DNA from: the human T2T-CHM13v2.0 reference genome, Homo sapiens
Length of the DNA: 64,000 nucleotides
NCBI RefSeq assembly: GCF_009914755.1
Contig: NC_060941.1
Strand: one strand, 5' to 3'
This document shows, piece by piece, positions 53,140-64,000 of the stretch; position 1 is the first letter of the stretch; the number at the start of each line of letters is the position of its first letter. The notes under the pieces were generated by a model. The model had not been told where the DNA came from. It ran no database searches and saw only the letters and a program-made list of their open reading frames with translations. The translations under genes and the position numbers were made by a program.

Positions 53140-56100
53140 TTATTTAGGGAATCTCCACACTGTCTTCCATAATGGTTGTACTAGTTTACATTCCCACCAG
53201 CAATGTAGAAGTGTTCCCTGTTCACCGCATCCGTGCCAACATCTATTATTTTTTAATTTTTTGATTATGGCCATACTTGCAGGAGTAAGGCGGTATTGCA
53301 TTGTGGTTTTGGTTTGCATTTCTCTGATCGTTAGTGATGTTGGGCATTTTTTCATATGTTCATTGGCCATTTGTTTATCTTTTTTTGAGAATTGCTAATG
53401 TCCTTAACCCACTTTTTGATGGGATTTTTTTTTCTTGCTAATTTGTTTGAGTTTGTTGTAGATTCTGGATATTAATTCTGGATATTAGTCCTTTGTCAGA
53501 TGTATCGATTGCAAAGATTTTCTCCCACTCCGTGGGTTGTCTGTTTACTCTGCTGACTGTTCTTTTGCCATGCAAAAGCTCTTTAGTAATTCACTCCCAG
53601 CTATTTATCTTTGTTTTTGTTGCATTTGGTTTTGGGTTTTTGGTCATGAAACACTTGCTTAAGTCAATGTCTAGAAGGGTTTTTCCACTGTTAACTCCAG
53701 AATTTTATAGTTTCAGGTCTTAGATTTAATTCCTTGATCCATCTTGAGTTGGTTTTTGTATAAGGTGAGAGGCAAGGATCCAGTTTCATTCTCCTACATG
53801 TGGCTTTCCAATTATCCCAGCAGCATTTGTTGAATAGAGTGTTCTTTCCCCACTTTATGGTTTTGTTTGCCTTGTTGAAAATCAATTGGCTATGAGTATT
53901 CAGGTTTAGTTCTTGGTTCTTCTATTCTGTTCCATTGGTCTATGTGCCTATTTTTATAACAGTACCATGCTGTTTTGGTTGAATGTGGACTGATAATATA
54001 GTTTGAAATCAGGTAATGTGATGCCTTTAGATTTGTTATTTTTGCTTACTTTTGCTTTGGCTATGTGGGCTAATTTTTGATTTTATGTAAATTTTAGGAT
54101 TATTTTTTCTAGTTCTGTGAAGAATAATGGTGGTATTCTGATGGAGATTGTGTTGAATTTGTAGATTGCTTTTCATAGTATGGCCATTTTCACAATATTG
54201 ATTCTACCTATCCATGAGCATGGGATGTGTTTCCATTTGTTTGTGTTGTCTATGATTTATTTCAGCAGTGTTTCATAGTTTTCCTTGTAGAGTTCTTTCA
54301 CTTTCTTGGTTAGGTATATTCCTAACTATTTTGTTTTATATATTTTTTGCAACTATTGTAAAAGGGGTTGAGTTCATGATTTCATTGTCAGTTTGGTCTC
54401 TGTTGGTGTATAGAAGAGCTACTGAGTTGTGTACATTAACTTTGTATCCAGAAACTTTGTTGAATTTTTAAATCAGTTCTAGGAGCTTTCTGGAGCAGTC
54501 TTTAGGGTTTCCTGGGTAAACAATCATATCATCAGCAAACAGCAGCAGTTTGACTTCCTCTTTACCAATTTGGATGCCCTTTATTTCTTTCTGTTGTCTG
54601 ATTGCTCTGGCTAGGACTTCCAGTACTATATTGAAAAGAACTGATGAGATCAGGCATCCTTGTCTTGTTCCAGTTCTCAGAGGAAATGCTTTAGACTTTT
54701 TTCCATTCAGTATGATGTTGGTTGTGAGTTTGTCATAGGTGGCTTTTATTATGTTGAGATATATCCCTTGTATGCCGATTTTGCTGAGAGTTTTAATCAA
54801 AGGGATGCTGGATTTTGTCAAATGCTTATTCTGCATTTATTGAGATGATCATGTGATTTTTGTTTTTAATTCTGTTTATGTGCTGTATCACATTTATTGA
54901 CTTGCATATGTTAAACCATCCCTCCATCCCTGGTATGAACCCCACTTGATCATGGTGGATTATCTTTTTGATATGTTTTTGAATTTGGTTAGCTAGTATT
55001 TTGTTAAGGATTTTTGCATCTATGTTCATCAGCATTATTGGTCTGTAGTTTTCCTTTTTGGTTATGTCCTTTTCTGGCTTTGGTATTAGGGTGATACTGG
55101 CTTCACATAATGATTTAGGGAGGTTTCTCTCTTTCTTTTTCTTGTGGAATAATGCCAATAGGATTGGTAAAAATTCTTTGAATGTCTGGCATAATTCTGC
55201 TGGGAATTCATCTGGTTCTGACCTTTTTTGGTTGGCAATTGTTTTCATTACCATTTTAATCTTGCTGCTTGTTATTGGTCTGTTCAGGGTATCTAATTCT
55301 TCCTGATTTAAGCTAAAAGGGTTGTATCTTTCCAAGAATTTATCCATCTCCTATTGGTTTTCTAGTTTATGTGCATAAAGGTGTTCATAGTAGCCTTGAA
55401 TGATCTTTTGTATTTCTGTGGTGTCAGTTGTAGTATCTCCTGTTTCGTTTCCAATTGAGCTTATTTGAATTTTCTTTCCTCTTTTGTTGGTTAATCTTGC
55501 TAATGGTCTATCAATCTTATTTATCTTTTCAAAGAATCAGTTTTTTGTTTCATTTATCTTTTGTACTTTTTTGTTTCAGTTTCATGTGGTTCTGCTCTGA
55601 TCTTGATTATTTCCTTTCTGCTGCTGGGTTTGGGTTTGTTTTTTTTCTTGTTTCTCTGGTTCCTTGAGGTGTGACCTTAGATTATAGGTTTGTGCTCTTT
55701 CAAACTTGTTGATGTAGGCATTTAGGGCTATGAATTTTCCTTTTAGCACTGCCTTTGCTGTTTCCCAGTGATTTTGATAGGTTGTGTTACTATTGTCATT
55801 CAGTTTGAGAATTTTTTAGATTTTCATCTTGATTTAATTTTTGACCCAATGATCATTCAGGAGCAGGTTATTGAATTACCACATATTTGCATGATTTTGA
55901 AGGTTTCTTTTGGAGTTGATTTCCAGTTTTATTCAACTATGGTCTGAGAGAGTGCTTGATATAATTTCAGTTTTCTTAAATTTATTGAGGCTCGTTTTGT
56001 GGCCTATCATATGTCTGTCTTGGAGAAAGTACCATGCACTGATGAATAGAATGTATATTCTGCAGTTGTTGAGTACAACGTTCAGTAAATATCTGTTAAG

Positions 56101-56600
56101 TCCATTTGTTCCGGGGTATAGTTTAAATCCACTGTTTCTTTGTTGACTTTTTGTCTTGATGAACCATCTAGTGTTGTCAGTGGATCATTAAGATCCCCCA
56201 CTATTATTATGTTCCTGTCTCATTTATTAGGTCTATCAATAACTGTTTTATAAATTTGGGAACTCTAGTGTTCCAAACTTCAGGTGCATATATATTTAGA
56301 ATTGTGATATTTTCTTGTTGGACAAGGCCTTTTGTCATTATATAATGTCCCTCTTTGTCTTTTTTAACTGCTGTTGCTTTAAAATTTGTTCTGTCTGATG
56401 TTAGAATAGCTACTCCTGCTCGCTCTGGCATCCATTCGCATGGAATGGCTTTTGTCACCCCTTCACGTTAAGTTTATGTGAGTCTTTATGTGTTAGATGA
56501 GTCTCTTGAAGGCATAGATAAGAATTCTTATCTATTCTGCAATTCTGTATCTTTTAAGTGGAGCATTTAGGCCATTTGCATTCAAAGTTAGTACTGAGAG
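53140..56600 (-). pseudogene. Decayed L1 ORF2p (endonuclease, reverse transcriptase, C-terminal domain)
   Basis: ORF fragments AGVAILTSD..DKEGHYIM..ITILNIYAP (EN); [33 protein letters not shown]; [15 protein letters not shown] (RT); [14 protein letters not shown]. Confidence 0.93.
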
Positions 56601-56699
56601 GTGAGGTACCATTCCATTCATTATGCCATTTGTTGCCTGTATACCTTGCTTTTGTTTTTTAATTTTATTTTTATTTTATAGGTCCTGTAAGATTTAAAG

Positions 56700-57540
56700 T
56701 GGTTCTGTTTTGATGTGTTTCCAGTATTTGTTTCAAGATTTAGAGCTCCTTTTAGCAGTTCTTGTAGTGCTGGCTTGGTAGTGGCAAATTCTCTCAGCAT
56801 TTGTCTGAAAAAGACTTTATCTTTCCTTCATTTATGAAGCTTACGTTCACTAGATACAAAATTCTTGGCTGATCATTGTTTTGTTTAAGGAGGCTGAAGA
56901 CAGAGTGCCAATCTCTTCTAGCTTGTAGGGTTTCTGCTGAGAAATCTTCTGTTACTTTGATAGGCTTCCTTTATAGGTTACCTTGTGCTTTTGCCTCACA
57001 GCTCTTAAGATTCTTTCCTTCATCTTAACTCTAGATAACTTGATGACAGTGTGCCTAGGTGATAAACTTTTTGCAATGAATTTCCTAGGTGTTCTTTGAC
57101 CTTCTTGTATTTGGGTGTCTATGTCTCTAGCAAGGCCAGAAAAGTTTTCCTCTGTTATTCCCCCAACTATGTTTTCCAAACTTTTAGATTGCTCTTCTTC
57201 CTCAGGAACACCAATTATTCTTAGGTTTGGTCGTTTAACATAATTCCAGACTCCTTGGAGGCTTTGTTCATATTTTCTTATTCTTTTATTTTTGTCTTTT
57301 GTTGGATTGGGTTAATTGGAAAACCTTGTCTTCGAGCTCTGAAGTTCTTTCTTCTGCTTGTTTAATTCTATTGCTGAGACTTTCCAGAGCATTTTGCATT
57401 TCTATAAGTGCATTGTTTCTTGAAGTTTTGATTTTTTTTAATGTATACCATCAATTTTATTGAAAATTTCTCTCATTTCTTGTATCTTTTTTTTGACTTC
57501 CTTAAATTGGGCTTCGCCTTTCTCTGGTGCTTCCCTGATT
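56700..57540 (-). pseudogene. Decayed L1 ORF1p
   Basis: EENFSGLARDIDTQIQEGQRTP..SPRHTVIKLSRVKMKERILRAVRQKHKVTYKG (56952-57179); boundaries approximate. Confidence 0.85.
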
Positions 57541-57550
57541 AATTTAATAA

Positions 57551-57889
<339 letters not shown>

Positions 57890-60800
57890 TAATGTAAATG
57901 GGATTTATTCTTGGTTTGGATCCATTACTGGTGAGCTAGTGTGATTTTGGGGGAGTGTTAAAGAACCTTGTTTTGTCATATTACCAGAGTTGGTTTTCTG
58001 GTTCCTTCTCATTTGGGTAGGCACTGTCAGAAGGAAGATCTAGGGTTCAAGGCTGTTGTTCAGATTCTTTTGTTCCACGGGATGTTTCCTTGATGTAGTA
58101 CTCTCCCCCTTTTCCTAGGGATGTGGCTTCCTGAAAGCTGAGCTGAAGTGAGTGTTATCTCTCTTCTGGATCTAGCCATGCAACAAGTCTACCAGGCTCC
58201 AGGCTGATACTGGAGGTTGTCTGCACAGAGTCCTGTGATGTGAACTGACTGTGGGTCTCTCAGCTGTGAATGCCAGCACAGTATTTGGGGTGCCTCCTGG
58301 TGCTTCAGGAGCAATCCACTTCCTTCAGAGGGTCTGTGGGTTCTCTCCAAACCTCACTAACTTTAATGGCATTAATCAAATGGCAATTGCTTCATGGTGC
58401 CTCAACTTTTTGTAAAAATTGCTGACATCTGTGTGTTTACCTCACATTAGCCAGTTTCCACTGAAGTCACAGTGGGACTTAAGAAACACTAGTTCCTTCT
58501 AGATCATTCATTTTATAATTCTGCCTTCTAGGCACAATCTGCCTACATGATACTTCACTGAAATTCATCTTCTTTAATCATTCAACTCACTGCATTGTAC
58601 AATGTGCATATAGATCCTTGGGCTATAGAGATCAAAAGGTGTTTAATTCTTCATGGGTGTCATGGAATTTGTCCTCAGAAAGGACTTTAGGGTCATTGAG
58701 TTGAATATTGACCTTTTACCTGAAGCTCCCTTTGCTGTTTTGAACTTCTTGCAAATCTTTTGTGCTATCCTTTGAAACCTAGGGTGTAAACAAGGAATTT
58801 TCAAATGAAGGCTACAACTATCAACTATATTTATCAGATGAAATTTGTCAAGATCTTTTGTGCTACTCCCCCAAAAACCAGGATCTTCCTCTACTCCCTA
58901 CCATGTCCTTAATGGTAGTGCCCACCCTGGCTCTGCATGGCTTCATTCTCAGATATTTGATTAACATTTTTAGAGCCCAGGGACAGTGGAAGAAGGTGGA
59001 GACACAGATTGATGTCCCAAGGGATCTAATTCTTTTTTTTTTGTATTTTCTTTTTGTTATAACAGAGCCCTGTCCAGTTCACCATAGTATACATCCCCAT
59101 TTTCCTAAATATAAACATTCATCATTCTAAACTAAGGTTAGAATATCAGATACAACAGGAAAACCTTATCTTTGCTTCTTTTCCCCTGTGAAGTGCACTG
59201 TGTGCTGCTTGTTGCTGAGTGCAGTCCTGAACGTTCTATATCATAATTTCTTAATTTGTGAGTAGCAGAGCTCTGTGTTATTGGGAGTCAGCTGTGCTTC
59301 AGAAATGAATCTAATATGATCTCTCCAGAATGCATACACTCATCTGTGAAACACTATGCACGAAAGTTTGCTGTAACTGTAAAACTGCTCCCAATGCTCC
59401 CCCAGGCTGGGTCTTTGTGTATTACACAAAGAGAAATGACTGACTTGGGTGAACAAGAGCTTTTAAAGGCAAAGCATTGTTTTAAAATCCTCAACTTGAG
59501 AAATCTATTTTTCCCTACCTGATATTTAAACATTAAATATTACAAAAGTATGTACCCTCTAAAGAATTCTCCCTTTAATAATTCATTTATAATACTCCCA
59601 TTTATTAAACATTATACACGGGGATCATAATACCTTGAGCTATGCATGTGGGGACTCATATTAGTAACTGCCTCATTCTCAAAGTCAAATACAAGATATC
59701 AAATACACAGTCTTGTGTTTCCAAAGTGGCCACACATTATACTTGCTTACAATTGGATATTTTTAAAATACTTTTCCCCCCTCCAAATATAATGCTTTGT
59801 TAGCCCCACATCTTTGTTATTTTGTCGCACTTGGAGTAGCTTAGTCTTCCTCTTTGTTATCAGTTTTTATGTATTCTTTTACAGTGAACCTCTAAACTAA
59901 TCATCTATTTTTGGGTGCTTGTCTGGTTAGACTCCAGTGGATCAGTTCAGAATACTCACCACTCATTGTTCACCCTATGGCTGAAGAGCTGATTGAGTTA
60001 GAAGCAACACTGCTGTGGTAGTAAATAACCTCATTAGCTTTTCTGAAATGTACGGTAAGAAAAACTTCAGTAGCAATTTGTCTTAAAACTCTATACCCTC
60101 TGCAAAAATTTCAAGAAAGATGTGGACAGCCAGTATGTATATAGCTGATGAACAGTCAGAATCAGGATTCCAACTAAGCTTCTTTGGTTTGTGAGCATTG
60201 ACTGGAAAACAGGTAAAGGAAGAGGCTTTTGAGATCAAGAAGATATGAGCCCAGTTTTAAATAGTGAAAAAGAGAAGACAGGCTGAGTGCTCTCTACTGC
60301 TCTCAAACAAAGCCTATTGTCTCTCATAAAGTTTACTACAATAGTCCCTAGTACTACTTTCTCAAAGAGAAAACTTAGTAGAAAATGCATTTGGGGTCAA
60401 ATAATTGATAATCGGAGGTTGTTATCGGATGTCAAGTCTTAACTGAGATCTGGGAAGCCAGTCTTTAAATTTATGTTTACAAAGGCCGATCACTTAGCAA
60501 TTCAATAAATATTCGATTTATAAATTAACTCTTAATGTGTTCCACAACCAGAGTCCATTCTTTATTCAAATAAGGGGGACCTACACTATAAGTGAACAGA
60601 CATTACTAAGCGGAGATAAACAACAACATGTCAAACTACAATTTTTCTAGGACATATGAGCTTAAGTAAAAAGCTTTCTCACTTAAAAAGAGACTAACTC
60701 ATAATTTGTAGGACGTTTGTGAGAATCAAATGATTGAAGAAGTGAAAGTGCTTCATGATCAGAAGATGTGTCATAAATACATGTTACCAAAGCACACTGG

Positions 60801-61339
60801 TTTAAATTAAAAATGGGTCTTCTCATTCCCATTGCCCTATAATCACGCATTCTATCTCTTTTACTTAGAATGCCACCTTATATTCCATGGCATAATCTAA
60901 ACAGCCAGTTAGTACCTATGATATGCAGTTAAGTAAGAAAGACAAGATTCCAGGTCTCATGGGCTGATACTCTAAATAGCTTATCAACTTTGTCCCATAA
61001 AGAACTATTTTCGAATGTGCAATGAAATACCAGGCAACTATTTTAGTTTCCCACTGAAAAAATATTGATATCTGGGCGATTAGTATGAAGGAGAATTTAG
61101 GATGAGTCAGATCATATTTATTTATCAATTTATCTGTGCATACATTCACCCCATCAAACACTCCCTTTGCTGTTGACTTGCTTTATCATTTAACACCTAT
61201 CTGAAATGCCTACACAATGTGAAGGTCTAGTTCGTGTCTCATCTCTCCAGGCCTCACAGATCTTTGCTTCTTTTGAATTCCTATGAACTATGCAGCCTGT
61301 ATTGAGTGGTCAGAATGCAATTAGCCAAATATAATAGAA

Positions 61340-61470
61340 TTTGTTGTTGTTTGTTCTGAATACATAATTGGTAAAATGCAGACTCCTGGTGCAGGTGGGG
61401 TGCTTGCGAGTGGAGCTCAGTATTACGAATTTTTAACAGGTACCTCCATGTAATTTTGTTGTAGATAATC
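61340..61470. mobile_element. MER5A-like hAT relic
   Basis: TAAAATGCAGACTCCTGG ... ATTTTTAACAGGTACCTCCATGTAATTTTG. Confidence 0.45.
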
Positions 61471-62298
61471 TGCATATAATATTTGAGAAATATTGTTAAA
61501 GAGAACTTTCCAAATTAGTGTCACTATGTTACTGTCAGAAGTATAAAATAATAGCTGTCTGCAAGTATCAGATGACAACATTTTATAAACTTGCCCTGTA
61601 GAGAAACATGGATAAAGACAAGTCATAATAGATTTCTCACACACACAGAAATCGTTCCTCATATACTAATGATAAATTGCATAATGTTTTCATTTCATAG
61701 TTGTATTCTCCATTGAGTAGCATAGTTATCAAAGAATAATTGATTTGATAGTGGGTGATTCTGTTGAATCCTCCAGGAATATGACACATTTTGGAATGAA
61801 TCAACTTCAAACAATAATCATTTTATTTGTATTTAGTGTTCCTGATTATATATTTTAATTATGAAAATAAATGAATAGTCTTTCTTTAGAAATGAAATAA
61901 GGGAGGAACTGAAGGAGCATTTGTAACTCTATAATCCATTGTATTTTTCACATAGAACACATGACATTTTTGTATGATTTTCCTTACTTTTGGGAAACAA
62001 TGAAGGAGTTGTAGTTTTCGATTGTGAATACTTTCTAATAAAATTATATTGACGATCCAGTGTTCTAGTCATTGACACTGTAGCAGTGAACAAAACATCC
62101 TGATGTAACCTGGATAGAGGTACAAGCCTGAAACCAGTTTCACAATTTCTGTAGTAAAGTAATAAGGGAGAATAATCAGTCTGAGATATTACAGAATGCA
62201 GAGTTATAAATCAACATTTAATTTCTTCCCATTAATGCAAATATATATTTCAGCACTGCCTCTCTGTCAGGTATTCAGAGATAAAGATACGATATGCA

Positions 62299-62570
62299 GG
62301 CCGAGTGCAGTGGCTCACACCTGTAATCCCAGCACTGGGAGGCCGAGGTGGATCACTTGAAGTCAGGAGTTCGAGACCCCATCTCTACTAAAAATACAAA
62401 AATTAGCCAGGTGTGGTGGCACATGTCTGTAATCCCAGCTACGCGGGAGGCTGAGGCAGGATAATTGCTTGAACCCAGGAGGTGGAGGTTGCAGTGAGTT
62501 GAGCTTGCGCTCCACTGTACTCCAGCCTGGGTGACAGGGCAAGACCCTGTCTCAAAAAAAAAAAAAAAAA
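62299..62570 (+). mobile_element. AluS with internal deletions
   Basis: GGCCGAGTGCAGTGGCTCACACCTGTAATCCCAGCAC ... GAGTTCGAGACCCCATCTCTACT (lacks AGCCTGGCCAACATGGTGAAACC); poly(A) at about 62554-62570. Confidence 0.93.
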
Positions 62571-63028
62571 TGCATAATCCAGTCCTTCTCCTTAAGGAGT
62601 TCACTGTCTAGTGGTAAAAATCAACAATTAGAGCATGGTGTTACCAGTGTTATAATACAGCCCATACATATAACAAATGTATGTCTTGTTTTTAAAACCA
62701 TAAGTATTCTACTGTGCTTGAATCAAAAACATGACACAGACTATTCTTTTGTGAATAGTACACAAACAAAGACATTTGACCTCCTGTCTGTGACAGGAAT
62801 ATCAATAGCAGAATCTTTTTCTTAGTTGCTGTCAATACTCTTCCCTGTGCTAAGATGCAGGCCATGCTGCTGCTGTCCCAGCAGTCTTTTGGCACTCTCC
62901 TCGTGGCCTTATCATGCAGTGTTCCCTACTGGTGTGGGAAGGAAGCCCTTTTTCCACCTTAGAGTCACCATCCATTGCATGGTTTTTTAGTAAAAGAAGC
63001 GCTCTCAGGAACTTTTATGTGAATTTGA

Positions 63029-63339
<311 letters not shown>

Positions 63340-63676
63340 TGATTCGAGTTCTTAAGGTTTCAGAGAGCATACAGTCATAAAACAGTCTCAGGAAGGACTC
63401 CAAAAGTACTCTGTATCTCCACTAAATGGAGCAGTCCTGTAAGTCTGAGTCCAAGTAGCTACTTTTCTTAGATTTACTTTCCTTACAGAGGATAACCTGG
63501 TCTGTCTCTCAAATTGACTATTTTCAGAACTGCTACACCAGACCTCTCGACATGCACAGATACACCTGAATCTGCAAGTGAAAATTGGAGGCTCCGGGTA
63601 GGTTTCCTTCTCAGTGCCCATCAACACATTTGCTCATCTTCCACAAACTGGTCAAAGTCTCTGGTCCAAATCTTCG

Positions 63677-63727
63677 TGATATAGGTTTTAAATCCCCACT
63701 ATTGATATAGGTATTAAATCCCCACTA
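63677..63727. repeat. 26-bp-period tandem duplication
   Basis: TGATATAGGT(T/A)TTAAATCCCCACTA at 63677-63701 and 63703-63727. Confidence 0.95.
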
Positions 63728-63888
63728 CTCACTTCCTTCCCTCCAAAGAAAAAGTGAGATTATCAAATGCAACCCACTCCCTTTTATGATGTTTTCAACC
63801 AAATAATCTTTGTGCTTTGAGAAATAAGCAAATAAAAGCATACAGAAATATACAGACATTCACAGGACCTGCAGGAAACTTAACAAGC

Positions 63889-64000
63889 AGTATTAATCTG
63901 TTCCCATGCTGTTATGAAGAAATACCTGAGACTGGGTATTCATAAAGAAAAGAAGTTTAATTGACTCACAGTTCAGCATGACTGGGGATGCCTCAGGAAA
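63889..64000 (-). mobile_element. THE1D/MST MaLR LTR, cut by the window end
   Basis: GTATTAATCTGTTCCCATGCTG..AAGAAATACCTGAGACTGGGTA..TTTAATTGACTCACAGTTCAGCATG. Confidence 0.88.

Noticed and set aside
54468-55347. The two RT-like ORFs (122 aa with FADD, and 173 aa, the longest in the window) as a novel reverse-transcriptase system
   Set aside because: They are frameshifted pieces of ordinary L1 ORF2p inside a TSD-bounded L1PB.

Overview
AT-rich, repeat-dense primate (most likely human) nuclear DNA, either intergenic or deep in a long intron. I see no supportable protein-coding gene, tRNA/rRNA or CpG island. Nearly all ORFs in the track are decayed transposon remnants or chance ORFs. The window holds about 9 Alu copies or fragments, several L1s (including a near-full-length L1PB with TSDs, a 5'-inverted L1MA and a short L1PA carrying a probable 3' transduction), solo LTRs (LTR2/HERV-E, THE1 and others), a near-complete Tigger2 with a dead transposase, a Tigger3-like element, two MER2, and L2/MIR relics. 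Repeat subfamily names come from my recollection of consensus sequences and need RepeatMasker/Dfam confirmation. I cannot demonstrate a new biological system. The best leads are: (i) the TSD-bounded L1 3' transduction at 31592-31960; (ii) a solo LTR2 followed 340 bp later by a polypyrimidine-CAG|GTAAGA junction, which could be an LTR-driven first-exon donor or a recursive splice site; (iii) a templated-insertion repair scar inside Tigger2; (iv) repeat-free blocks rich in homeodomain motifs that look like enhancers.
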